This document shows positions 1-9,610 of a DNA stretch of 64,000 bases, in pieces. Made by a program: the position numbers and the translations under genes. The first letter of the stretch is position 1. Every line of letters begins with the position of its first letter. Source of the stretch: a virus. Where the stretch lies: positions 11,783 to 75,782 of IMG/VR virus record IMGVR_UViG_3300023110_001595. The stretch is one strand, 5' to 3'. A model generated the notes under the pieces. It saw nothing but the letters and a program-made list of their open reading frames with translations, was not told the DNA's origin and ran no database searches.

Positions 1-912
1 GAAGGTAGTACCTTTGCATTCAATGCAACTGCACCTGGAGGCACTGCATACTATAGAATTGTAGGCACAGATAGAACAGGTGCTATCGATTACAATAACG
101 GTCCAATTACAATGCGAGCCGGTGATACAATAGAACTTACAAACGATGCGGATTCAAGCCATACTATGTTTATTAAGACATCAGCAACTACAGGTGCAAG
201 TGATCAAGTAACTGGTGCAACAGGGCAAGGTGCTCATAGTGGATCTACAATAACTTGGACACCTACAAGCACTGGAACATATTATTATAGATGCTTGAAC
301 CATGCAAGTATGGGTGGAGAAATTGTAGTTACAGCAAGAGAGCAAACATACAAAACTATAAACATCGGTGCTCTTGATGACGAGTATGCTACAGGCAACT
401 TAGAACGCAAAGTAAACTATAGCGACAGAGGCGAAGGCATAGATGCTTATTTTGCAGCAGATGGTATTTTAGCAGCAAATAAATCTTACACAAGTGAAGG
501 AAGATATCCTGACACATATCCTGGATTCACAGCTAACAGTGGTAGTGGTGCAGGAATTCCAGAAGACTGCGCCTTTAGTGGCACTAGTGCAGCCTGTCCT
601 GTAGGTGCAGGATTTATTTCAACTCTTGTAGGACTAAATCGTAATTGGACATACACAGATGTAAAAAGTTATTTTGCAAATTTAGACGACCAAGATCCTA
701 GCGATTTTTATATAGGCACAGAATCAACAAGTGCCACCGATAGCAACTGGAGTGATTACAATAGTTTAGAAGGTGGACCAGCTAAGGTTGGGTATCAAAA
801 TGCTGCTGCTATTAACCAAACAACTTTCCCAAAAAGAAGTGCTACAATTACTAATTTAAATATTACTGGTTTAAATATTAGTAGAGTAAATAAATTTGAC
901 AGAGGCAGATAA
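1..912 (+). CDS. Subtilisin-like (S8) serine protease with inserted cupredoxin-like domain, 5'-truncated
   Basis: Frame is open from base 1. It carries the S8 catalytic-Ser motif FSGTSAACPVGAG, preceded by INIGALDD..VNYSDRGEGIDAYFAADGILAA, and a cupredoxin-type segment H..YYYRCLNHASMGGEIVV. Confidence 0.8.
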   Translation, partial: EGSTFAFNATAPGGTAYYRIVGTDRTGAIDYNNGPITMRAGDTIELTNDADSSHTMFIKTSATTGASDQVTGATGQGAHSGSTITWTPTSTGTYYYRCLNHASMGGEIVVTAREQTYKTINIGALDDEYATGNLERKVNYSDRGEGIDAYFAADGILAANKSYTSEGRYPDTYPGFTANSGSGAGIPEDCAFSGTSAACPVGAGFISTLVGLNRNWTYTDVKSYFANLDDQDPSDFYIGTESTSATDSNWSDYNSLEGGPAKVGYQNAAAINQTTFPKRSATITNLNITGLNISRVNKFDRGR

Positions 913-915
913 GTA
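908..915 (+). promoter_or_regulatory. Putative late promoter GATAAGTA overlapping the upstream stop codon
   Basis: Matches the TAA(A/G)TA motif recurring upstream of many genes in this window; resembles T4 late TATAAATA. Confidence 0.5.
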
Positions 916-953
916 TGCTATATTAAATGTAGTACATTTGTATAGGACTATCA

Positions 954-1673
954 ATGAATATTAGATTCCAAATATTTGGATTACAAATTTTATCATATCT
1001 ATCAATCATACCTATGATTATTTTTGCAAGTTGGTGGCAATGGCTAATTGCTGTATTCTTGTACTTTGTGTTTAATGGATTAGGCATGATTATGACATAT
1101 CATCGATTGTTAACACACAGAAGTTTTACTTGTCCTAAATGGTTAGAATATATACTTGCTTTTGTTACAACTTTTAGTTTCACTGGTAGTGCCATTACTT
1201 GGATAGCAATACATAGAAAGCATCATAAATTTGCAGATACAGACAAAGATCCGCACAGTCCGGATCATTTAGGATTTTGGAGAGTGCAATTTTTTACTGC
1301 GTTTGCCGAAGTAGAAGGTAGATATGCTACAGATTTAATGCGTGATCGTTTTTACAAATGGCAGCACAAATATTACACAACAATTTGCTATGCAACAATT
1401 TTAGTATTTACATTTATAGATCCAATGTTGTTAATATACGGATTATTGTTTCCAGCAGCACTAACATTGTTTTTTGGAACCTTAGTATTAAGTTGGGCAC
1501 ACAAAGATTATAAACCTAGAACAGTTATTTGGTTGGCATTAATTACATTTGGTGATGCTTTCCACGATGTGCATCATGATTATCCTAACAAATATAGACT
1601 ACATAAATATGACCTGATTGGATGGATTATTGAAAAAGTATTCGTCAGAAATAAAACCACACCTGTGGTCTAA
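954..1673 (+). CDS. Membrane fatty-acid (delta-9-like) desaturase
   Basis: Three His boxes (HRLLTH, HRKHH followed by DKDPHSP, HDVHH) and hydrophobic transmembrane segments. Confidence 0.9.
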   Translation: MNIRFQIFGLQILSYLSIIPMIIFASWWQWLIAVFLYFVFNGLGMIMTYHRLLTHRSFTCPKWLEYILAFVTTFSFTGSAITWIAIHRKHHKFADTDKDPHSPDHLGFWRVQFFTAFAEVEGRYATDLMRDRFYKWQHKYYTTICYATILVFTFIDPMLLIYGLLFPAALTLFFGTLVLSWAHKDYKPRTVIWLALITFGDAFHDVHHDYPNKYRLHKYDLIGWIIEKVFVRNKTTPVV

Positions 1674-1712
1674 AGGATTAAATAAAGTTGGAGAAGTATA
1701 TTGGAGGTTAAA

Positions 1713-2426
1713 ATGTCTACAAGCTGGAAAGGACGCCACGAATTACCAGTCATTGCACGACTTGATTACAGATTTGACATCAAAAGACTCAAAGAAGAAC
1801 TAAATCAGTTTGCAGCAGATAAGATTTGGGACGGGCTAGGTAGCGATTATGCTCATATGTGTGAAACACATACAAAACTTCCAAAAATGTTTTTCAAAGA
1901 AGAAGAACTAGAGGAAGTTAATTGTGTTTGTGATTTAGATTGGAAAACGTCTAGTTATCAACAATTAAGTTTAACTGAGTTTGACGAATCGTATGATATT
2001 AGCCAACGCACAGAATTAAGTGGTAGTGCTTGGGATACAAGAGTAGCAAAACGTGATCCTAAAGCAGATGAACGCTGGTATAGAAAAGTTAAAGACGATG
2101 TGCCTTCGTATTTGCGTGAGGTTTTAGACACGTTTACAGGGTCGCACAGAACTCGATTTGCAAATTTAGCACCACATAGTGAAGTTAAGCCTCATATAGA
2201 CTATGACACACTTTATGGAATAAGACTACACATTGCATTAGAAACTAATGATAAATGTTTTAATGGCGGGTGGGATAAAGATGGCAAAGAATATAAAGAG
2301 CACATTCCTGCTGATGGTAGTGTTTGGATGGTTAATCCTGGGGTCAAACATTATGCAGTAAACGGAGGCAATACTCCACGCAATCATTTAATAATAAGTT
2401 TAGATAGTCAAAAGGTTCTTATGTGA
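1713..2426 (+). CDS. Asp/Asn beta-hydroxylase-like Fe(II)/2OG oxygenase
   Basis: HxD (PHIDYD), RLHIAL, distal H (KHYAVN) and R (PRNHLII). GGAGG RBS supports the ATG at 1713. Confidence 0.8.
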   Translation: MSTSWKGRHELPVIARLDYRFDIKRLKEELNQFAADKIWDGLGSDYAHMCETHTKLPKMFFKEEELEEVNCVCDLDWKTSSYQQLSLTEFDESYDISQRTELSGSAWDTRVAKRDPKADERWYRKVKDDVPSYLREVLDTFTGSHRTRFANLAPHSEVKPHIDYDTLYGIRLHIALETNDKCFNGGWDKDGKEYKEHIPADGSVWMVNPGVKHYAVNGGNTPRNHLIISLDSQKVLM

Positions 2427-2908
2427 AATACAAACATTATCATGTGATTGGTTTACAAAGAACTGGAACAAACTGGTTACACGCTACTGTAAAAGAAAAC
2501 TTTGAGGTAACACGCAAACAAACATTTTGGAAACATTTAACACCTTTGGGACAAAATCCTAATTATCACAATATACACGGACCTTTGGGTTCATTGCTAG
2601 AACTTGATCCAGATGTATTTTACATAGTAACCTGTAAAAATTTTGATGCATGGTGTCAATCTATAAAAAAACGTAGAGTAGATTTTTGGATATCTCATAA
2701 TTTTCCTAACAGTGAAGAAAAGAAAACAGAGGATATTTATTACGCTTGGGTCAAATGGAAAAATAATAATATAAACAAAAAAAATTTTTTCTATAAAAAT
2801 TATGAAGATTGGAATAAAAATTGGAAAACATATTTTTCGGAAATAGAAAAAATTACAGGTTGGCAAAAGAAATATGATAATTATATTACAATAAATAAAA
2901 GGTTTTAA
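2423..2908 (+). CDS. Sulfotransferase-like protein
   Basis: N-terminal PAPS-binding-loop-like motif GLQRTGTNWL, then WKH and NYEDW. Confidence 0.6.
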   Translation: MKYKHYHVIGLQRTGTNWLHATVKENFEVTRKQTFWKHLTPLGQNPNYHNIHGPLGSLLELDPDVFYIVTCKNFDAWCQSIKKRRVDFWISHNFPNSEEKKTEDIYYAWVKWKNNNINKKNFFYKNYEDWNKNWKTYFSEIEKITGWQKKYDNYITINKRF

Positions 2909-2910
2909 TA

Positions 2911-3501
2911 ATGTATGTAAAAGAAATTAATAATCCTATAATTCACGAAGTATTTGAAGCAATTAAAGGTGTATGGAATCTTGTGCAAAATGACAATCGT
3001 TTTCAAGGTAAGTACAAATATATGCATTATGCAGGATCTACAGAAGAAACTGTAGAAATTATTTACGATAAATTTCCTCTTTTACTTGATTTCAGAATGA
3101 AACTTGATTTAACGCCAGGTATTTTATTTTTATCTTATAATGATCCGTCAAAGCAACTTTATCAATGTGATCCCCATAACCATGATAAAGAAGGAAGTTT
3201 ATTTTTTCCTGTTGTACATAGTGAAGGAGCGGGCACAGCATTTTATAATCCTCCAGAAGATAAAATTTATGACGTAGATAGGATTGCTCCAGGTGGTATA
3301 GAATATACAATTCAACATTGCAATTGGTTTGAACCTGCTGAAGTGCATAATATGTCAACACCTCATATTATGAATACAAAAATACTTCATGGAGCATATG
3401 AACTTATACCAGATTACCCCGATAATCATTATAGAGTAGCTTGTAATTGGCAGTCAAACATATCGTTTAACGAAATAGATAGAATTTTACATGATACCTA
3501 A
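2911..3501 (+). CDS. Putative Fe(II)/2OG oxygenase-fold protein
   Basis: PHNHD..SLFFPV..GTAFY..MNTKILHGA..RVACNW pattern, consistent with a jelly-roll oxygenase. Confidence 0.55.
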   Translation: MYVKEINNPIIHEVFEAIKGVWNLVQNDNRFQGKYKYMHYAGSTEETVEIIYDKFPLLLDFRMKLDLTPGILFLSYNDPSKQLYQCDPHNHDKEGSLFFPVVHSEGAGTAFYNPPEDKIYDVDRIAPGGIEYTIQHCNWFEPAEVHNMSTPHIMNTKILHGAYELIPDYPDNHYRVACNWQSNISFNEIDRILHDT

Positions 3502-4288
3502 TGTTCTTCATAATGTCTGGATAGGTGAAAAAATACCTACTTTTAATTTTACATTAAGTTGGCGTGATGCTATGCCAAACTTTAGAATTATTAATTGGCG
3601 TGACGAAAACATCGAATCAGAATTTAAAAACGACAAAACTTATAGGTATTTAAAGAAACACTATGGTCCAACTATGATTTCAGATTATATTAGGTTATGT
3701 ATTTTAAAAAAATATGGAGGAGTGTATGCAGATTTAGATGTTATGTTTTTAAAAGATATAAAAAATTTTTTGAATACTCCTGCTTTTTGCACCTATCAAT
3801 TTCCGCATATACCGGAGAACAAAAAACTAAAAAAAACACCAACAGGTTTGAGTTTGAGAGATTGCGTAAAGAACTTTGTAAATGTTTATAATTTTTACAA
3901 TACAGACATATATCTTTGTAATAATTTAATAGGCAGTGAACCAGGCGGACAATTTATAAATGAAATGTTAGATGCTTTTTTAGAACAATTAGATTTGCCT
4001 GTAGATAAAAGATTTAGTTATGTAGATTATGGTAATGGACCTATGCTAACAACATATGTTGCAAAAAAATTCTGCGATGTTAATGGATATACCGAACATA
4101 GAGAACAGGTATCGATTTATCAAAGCGATATATTTCATCCTACAAACTATATACAATATAAAGATGCAAACGTAAAAAGACAATTGAAAAACACATTAAA
4201 AGAACAAATTTTAAAAGCAAAACAATCAAATAGTTATGCATTGCATATCCAAGGATCAGAAGAAGTAGATTTATATCTAGAAGGTTAA
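3491..4288 (+). CDS. DXD glycosyltransferase (GT32/Och1-like)
   Basis: IPNVLHNVWIG, SDYIRLCILKKYGGVYADLDV and GPMLTT motifs. Confidence 0.85.
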   Translation: MIPNVLHNVWIGEKIPTFNFTLSWRDAMPNFRIINWRDENIESEFKNDKTYRYLKKHYGPTMISDYIRLCILKKYGGVYADLDVMFLKDIKNFLNTPAFCTYQFPHIPENKKLKKTPTGLSLRDCVKNFVNVYNFYNTDIYLCNNLIGSEPGGQFINEMLDAFLEQLDLPVDKRFSYVDYGNGPMLTTYVAKKFCDVNGYTEHREQVSIYQSDIFHPTNYIQYKDANVKRQLKNTLKEQILKAKQSNSYALHIQGSEEVDLYLEG

Positions 4289-4291
4289 AAA

Positions 4292-5053
4292 ATGTTAAAA
4301 ACTTTTCATCAAAAACTATTATTTTTACAATCAGTGCTTTATATAACAAGCATTATTGGTTTGATATTTTATTGGGATCCTATATGGCTGCTGTTATCTG
4401 TGTTTGGAAAATATATATTTGCTAATTTAGGTTTAGAAATTGGTTATCATAGATTACTATCGCATAGAAGTTTTACTACAAGCAGAACAGTAGAAAACAT
4501 TTTAACATTCTTAGGAGTATATGGTGGTTTTGGTCCTAGTTTAACTTGGACGGCTAATCATAGAGTACATCATAAAAACAGTGATAGGGAAGGTGATCCT
4601 CATCCTGCTTCAGAAACTTGGAAAACATTTTTTTGGTTAAATGATAAAGTTCCAGTAAATCCTAGTGTAGTTAGAGATTTGCTACGAAATCCATTTCATA
4701 AATTTTTGCGTGATTGGTATTTTACAATTTGGTATTTAACATTAATAGTTGCATTTATTATAGATCCACGTATTGCAATTTATCTATTTGCTATTCCAGG
4801 AGCAACAGGACTTTTAAGTGGTGCAGCAATAAACATACTATGTCATAAATTTGGATACAGGAATTTTGAAACAAAAGATAAAAGCACAAATAATTGGTGG
4901 GTAAATCTTTATGCAACTTTTGGTGGAAGCGGATGGCATAACAATCATCATGCTAATCCTGGCAGTTATACTACAAAAGTCAAATGGTGGGAATGGGACT
5001 TAGATGGTTGGATTATTGAAAAGTTTTTGATGAAAAAGGAATCTTTAAAATGA
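4292..5053 (+). CDS. Second membrane fatty-acid (delta-9-like) desaturase
   Basis: HRLLSH, HRVHH..GDPHP, N..CHKFGYRNF..DKSTN, GWHNNHH and WWEWD motifs. Confidence 0.92.
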   Translation: MLKTFHQKLLFLQSVLYITSIIGLIFYWDPIWLLLSVFGKYIFANLGLEIGYHRLLSHRSFTTSRTVENILTFLGVYGGFGPSLTWTANHRVHHKNSDREGDPHPASETWKTFFWLNDKVPVNPSVVRDLLRNPFHKFLRDWYFTIWYLTLIVAFIIDPRIAIYLFAIPGATGLLSGAAINILCHKFGYRNFETKDKSTNNWWVNLYATFGGSGWHNNHHANPGSYTTKVKWWEWDLDGWIIEKFLMKKESLK

Positions 5054-6246
5054 TAATTATGTTAGATAAAGATGATCCTAAAATTACTAAATTTAGAGAA
5101 AAAATATTTGAAGAAGATTTAAATTTGCCTTTAAGTTATATGAATTATGGCTTAAACAAATTAAAAAGAATAACAGACAATAAACTAAGCGAAGAAGAAT
5201 ATCAAAATGCATTTAAAGCATCTAATGTAAAATGGAACGATGAAAAAATAGATAAAGTATGGTTAATGCCTAATGTTGCAATTAGTGCTGCATACGAAAT
5301 TGATAATGATACATATAGAGGTGGATATTTAACATATACACTTAAATCTAAAAGGTCAAAATTTAGAAGTTTAAATTTCAAAGAATTTGGGTTTTTAACA
5401 CATCAATGCATAAGAGCTTGCGAGCTAGGTAAAAAAGAATTAATATTAACTGTGTATGAGTATAACAGAAAAATGTCTGCACAAGTGCGGGCGTTAAAAC
5501 ACAAAGGCTATGCCGATGTAGCAGGAAATATCTTGCATCAAGAATTTGATTACAAAGGTATAAAAAGTCTTAATGGTGTAGATCAACATATTTTTAGTAT
5601 AGATTTTGAAAAACTATTTAAAAAATACGATCCATATCTTCTTGAAATGAAAAATGAGGAAACTTTACCTGTAAAAGCAAAATATCCTACACAACCAGAA
5701 AAATATCCTTATGTTGTAGATTTAGGATTATCTGTAGATGTAGATGTTCTACAAAAAGAATTTGATGATTTTGATAAAAAAGACAATTATATGCTAAAAC
5801 GCCTAAATGATTTTGTAATAAGTCCAAGTATAAACATTATTTTAATGACGTACTTAGGATTTCGAAGTAGTGTATATCAAGGTGTAAGTTTAAACAAACC
5901 AGGAAGTTTAGAATTAAAAGAGTCAGTGGGTTCTGCTACTAGAGATTTGTTAGATAAGTTTGATGATGTATGCAGGGTAAATTATATTACGACTCATAAA
6001 GGATGGAAAACAAAATCTCATAAAGATCACGAAGATTATACAACACAAGGATTTAGAATTATAATTCCATTTGCCGAAATGAAAATGACGTTTGAAAAAC
6101 GTGTTGAATATATGTTCAAACCAGGGAGAGCTTACTTTGTAAATGTTGCTGTTGAACACGTAGGCGAACACGGAAGTTTATTAAATACACGTACAGGAAT
6201 ACTTTTTAAAATGTGTAATGATAAAATGATTTGGGATAACGTATGA
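5050..6246 (+). CDS. Two-domain protein: GNAT-like N-terminus fused to an AspH-like Fe(II)/2OG oxygenase
   Basis: C-terminal KSHKDH..FRIIIP..GRAYFVNVAVEH..RTGILF. The GNAT-like call for the N-terminal half is weak. Confidence 0.55.
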   Translation: MIIMLDKDDPKITKFREKIFEEDLNLPLSYMNYGLNKLKRITDNKLSEEEYQNAFKASNVKWNDEKIDKVWLMPNVAISAAYEIDNDTYRGGYLTYTLKSKRSKFRSLNFKEFGFLTHQCIRACELGKKELILTVYEYNRKMSAQVRALKHKGYADVAGNILHQEFDYKGIKSLNGVDQHIFSIDFEKLFKKYDPYLLEMKNEETLPVKAKYPTQPEKYPYVVDLGLSVDVDVLQKEFDDFDKKDNYMLKRLNDFVISPSINIILMTYLGFRSSVYQGVSLNKPGSLELKESVGSATRDLLDKFDDVCRVNYITTHKGWKTKSHKDHEDYTTQGFRIIIPFAEMKMTFEKRVEYMFKPGRAYFVNVAVEHVGEHGSLLNTRTGILFKMCNDKMIWDNV

Positions 6247-7796
6247 GTCTATTTTTGTGTGTAATACCAAAGCACAGCGTAAATGTGCCGCCTTTGAGTC
6301 TTGGTTTTTTACAAGGGGCTTGTAAAAAACACGGAGTGAATGTACAAATACGTGATTTTAATTTTGACTTATGGCAAAAAACAATTTATACAGACAAATG
6401 GCACAGTATTTGGCTCGAGACAAATCAAACATTATTCAAAGGCGAAGAATTTAATAAGTTTTGTGAAGAAATGTATGACAATGAGATACATTCTTGGGCA
6501 AAAGAAATTGTTGCTACAGATCATACACATATTGGTATTAGTTGTTTTAGTCATAGAAGTTTGCCTACATTTAAAAAACTTGCCACAGCAGTTAGAAAAT
6601 TAGATCCTAAAAAAATTATTATTGTAGGTGGTGCTCCTATGACACAATATGGCAAACATATTTTAGAAATGGATCTTGCAGATTTTGTAGTTTTGAGTGA
6701 AGGTGAGGAAGTATTACCTAATATTGTTAAAGGAAAATACAAACCTGGTATTATAGAAACAAAACAAATTGACAATTTAGATAATCTAGAAATTCCAGAC
6801 TATACAGGTTTAGATATAACACAATACACAGGAGGTTCTCCTGTAGGTGATCAAGTAAGAGATGTAAAATATAAAAAGCGTAACGAACTAGCAATTATTG
6901 GTAGTAGAGGTTGTGTTAGAAAATGCACATTTTGTGATGTAGAAGCATATTGGCCTAAATTTCGTTGGCGTAGCGCACAAAACATATTTGACGAAATGAT
7001 GCACTACAAAGATACTTATAGTATTGATAGGTTTTTCTTTTATGATAGCTTAGTAAATGGTAACACAAAACAATTTGAAGAGTTACTTGATCTAATTATT
7101 GCTGCGGGTTCGCCATTTAAAGGAATGCAAGGACTTGCAATATTTAAAAGAATGCCTGAACGTATATTTAAAAAAATGCGAAAAGCAAGATGGCATAGCA
7201 TGATTATTGGAGTTGAAAGTTTTAGCCAAGAAGTGCGTGATCATATGCGTAAAAAATTCTCTAACAAAATAATGCATGAAAATTTAGAACATTACAAAAA
7301 ATATAAAATAAATTTAGTACTCTTAATGATTGTGGGTTATCCTGGCGAACTAGAAAAACATCATAAAGAAAATTATGAATGGATGAAAAATAACAGACAA
7401 TTTGCAGGTAATCCTATCAAACAAATCGAAGTTGGGACTACAATGTTAGTATTTCCTGGTTCTCCTGTGTTTTATGAAAATATGTTTGAATACTATGTAG
7501 ATGATAACGGAGATTGGGTAGTAACTAACGGAAAAGAAATAAACAATATGAAAATCCGAAACGCAAGACGTAAAGATTTGATAAAATGGGCTGAAGAATT
7601 TGGGTTAGGAACTAATAGTGTTTATGGCACTGGTGGACAACTAGTAGGTGATGTTGAAGATAGAGACATTGTAAATAAAATACATAAATTAGAACACAGC
7701 ACGGATCTAAAATTAGAAGATGAATATGTAAAACAAGTCTTAGGTTGGGAAAGTGATCCTAATCGTCAGACACATGAATTTTGGCAAATGTTATAA
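6243..7796 (+). CDS. Cobalamin-binding radical SAM enzyme (class B methylase-like)
   Basis: PPLSLGFL, IGIS, IIVGG and EGEE in a B12-binding domain; SRGCVRKCTFC; IGVESFS; MIVGYPGE. Confidence 0.9.
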   Translation: MSLFLCVIPKHSVNVPPLSLGFLQGACKKHGVNVQIRDFNFDLWQKTIYTDKWHSIWLETNQTLFKGEEFNKFCEEMYDNEIHSWAKEIVATDHTHIGISCFSHRSLPTFKKLATAVRKLDPKKIIIVGGAPMTQYGKHILEMDLADFVVLSEGEEVLPNIVKGKYKPGIIETKQIDNLDNLEIPDYTGLDITQYTGGSPVGDQVRDVKYKKRNELAIIGSRGCVRKCTFCDVEAYWPKFRWRSAQNIFDEMMHYKDTYSIDRFFFYDSLVNGNTKQFEELLDLIIAAGSPFKGMQGLAIFKRMPERIFKKMRKARWHSMIIGVESFSQEVRDHMRKKFSNKIMHENLEHYKKYKINLVLLMIVGYPGELEKHHKENYEWMKNNRQFAGNPIKQIEVGTTMLVFPGSPVFYENMFEYYVDDNGDWVVTNGKEINNMKIRNARRKDLIKWAEEFGLGTNSVYGTGGQLVGDVEDRDIVNKIHKLEHSTDLKLEDEYVKQVLGWESDPNRQTHEFWQML

Positions 7797-8903
7797 TTTT
7801 CTTTTTGGTATTTTACTATCAGCACTACTTACACAACTATCTGTTATACATGGCATAGCAGAATCAAAGAGTTTAAATCCTGTTTCTATATTGCCTAGTG
7901 GAACATCGTGACAACTGTACGAACGTTTAATACTTCCATCAGGTTCTCTAATTATAATTCCTTGATAGCCAGCATTACAACTCCAACCTTTGAACTTGTT
8001 AAAATTAAATGCATTAAATCTTTCTGCTTGATCCATATACCATGCTTTCCCATCTTTGTCTCTAAATTCAACTTGAAAATGCCAAGGCACACTTGCATCT
8101 GGTTTATGATATGCATCAGCAGGTATCTCAAACTTAGGACTAGGACGTCCTGACCATTTTCGTTTTACTTCTGTGTAGGCCCTTTGTGGCATTCCGTTCC
8201 AGAGTCGTTTGAGGTCTTCTTCTTTGTATCCGTCAACCACTCTTGACGCAGTAGGATCGGACTGTGGTTTGAGGGTAACGTTGATTCCTTGTTCGTGGAA
8301 GAAGAGTGCGTTTTCCCAGTCTCTCTCGAACCACTCAGGTACCATAACCATATTAATGGTAATCTGTACATCATGTTCTTGACACAGGATTAACTTGTCT
8401 GCAAAGTCCTGCATCTTCTCCTTTGTATCTAAATGTTCTGTGTGCAGACTTGCTGTTATACTTGCTCTATGGAATGGCTTTACACATTCTACATACTGTT
8501 CAAACCATTTCATAGGGCGTGAACAGTTTGATGTCATATGGACACTAGTATAGTTAGTGTTATCAACATCGTTGGCAAGATGCTCCAAAATATCCAAGTA
8601 ACCAGGATGGAAAGTAGGTTCCCCACCGCTAAGGCTAAAATGGAAACTATTAAATCTATTCTCACGTGCTTGCCTTTTTATCTCATCGATTGTATGAAGA
8701 CAGAGTTCTGTAGGTCTATGGTCTTTACGATCGCTACGGGCATAAGGCCAACAATAACTGCATCGGTAGTTACAGAATCTTCCAAGTAACCAAGATACTG
8801 TGAATATGTCACGATACAATAAAGTACGCTGACCAACGCTAACGATGTCATCAAACGGTATCTTAGTGAAGTCATAGTTACTCCATTTTAAATCTTCAGT
8901 CAT
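7791..8903 (-). CDS. Radical SAM enzyme with C-terminal Twitch-like Cys cluster (subfamily A)
   Basis: CNYRCSYC, SGGEPT, C-terminal FKGWSC..C..C..C. Confidence 0.9.
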   Translation of the reverse strand: MTEDLKWSNYDFTKIPFDDIVSVGQRTLLYRDIFTVSWLLGRFCNYRCSYCWPYARSDRKDHRPTELCLHTIDEIKRQARENRFNSFHFSLSGGEPTFHPGYLDILEHLANDVDNTNYTSVHMTSNCSRPMKWFEQYVECVKPFHRASITASLHTEHLDTKEKMQDFADKLILCQEHDVQITINMVMVPEWFERDWENALFFHEQGINVTLKPQSDPTASRVVDGYKEEDLKRLWNGMPQRAYTEVKRKWSGRPSPKFEIPADAYHKPDASVPWHFQVEFRDKDGKAWYMDQAERFNAFNFNKFKGWSCNAGYQGIIIREPDGSIKRSYSCHDVPLGNIETGFKLFDSAMPCITDSCVSSADSKIPKRKL

Positions 8904-8908
8904 ATTTT

Positions 8909-8937
8909 ATTATACTCTATTCCTATATATTTGTCAA
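8909..8937 (-). promoter_or_regulatory. Consensus sigma70 promoter TTGACA-17-TATAAT, probably leaderless
   Basis: -35 at 8932-8937, -10 at 8909-8914, ATG only 5 nt downstream of the -10. Confidence 0.8.
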
Positions 8938-8942
8938 TTAAA

Positions 8943-9590
8943 TTATAAAGAGCCAAACGCCCATTTACGTTCTTTACACCACCAACAAGCATCACAGTGT
9001 CCTAAAAACCCTATTCTATGTTCAACTTCGCAACTTCTTGTAAGAGGAAACAATTCGTAAGTTAATCCATAATGATCATACAAAGATTTTATGACTTTTT
9101 TATCACTGTTGGTAAAAGGCGTACAAAAAGTATCAGCAATAAAGATGGGACGTTCTAAATTTGGATTACGTGTAATTTGTTCGGTATTCCAACTCGGTCC
9201 ACAAAAACTGTCAGCTATATCTTTAGGAGGATTAGCTGTGAGTGCTGTGTACAAATATGCAGAATTTTTAGAGGTTTCTTGCCCTGCTACATAGTTACAA
9301 AATGCAGGACTGTCTTGCACTTCTGCATAACTTATGTAATGTTTTACATTCCAATATCCTGTAAGTTGGATACATTTTTCAATAACATTAGTAGACGTAA
9401 TAGCTGTGATTCTACTTCTTTCATTGTTTGCAAGTGTATGTATGTGTATTGTACCTTGTTTTTTATGTTTCATCAAAATGTACAATAATAACGAACTATC
9501 TGCGCCGCCTGAGCACAAAAGAGAAATGTCTTTGTTTTCGCAAAATGGTATGTATAAATCAGCTATTTTAATTTCTTGCATCACAAACAA
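8943..9590 (-). CDS. QueC-like PP-loop ATPase (paralogue 1)
   Basis: SGGADS PP-loop and TRSC..HCDACWWCKER Zn motif. The true start may be the ATG at 9581. Confidence 0.8.
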   Translation of the reverse strand: MFVMQEIKIADLYIPFCENKDISLLCSGGADSSLLLYILMKHKKQGTIHIHTLANNERSRITAITSTNVIEKCIQLTGYWNVKHYISYAEVQDSPAFCNYVAGQETSKNSAYLYTALTANPPKDIADSFCGPSWNTEQITRNPNLERPIFIADTFCTPFTNSDKKVIKSLYDHYGLTYELFPLTRSCEVEHRIGFLGHCDACWWCKERKWAFGSL

Positions 9591-9607
9591 TATTTATTAT
9601 AAATATT
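9589..9607. promoter_or_regulatory. Palindromic back-to-back late promoters (AATATTTAT-T-ATAAATATT)
   Basis: Perfect 9-bp inverted repeat between divergent genes; reads ATAAATA on both strands. Confidence 0.6.
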
Positions 9608-9610
9608 TGT

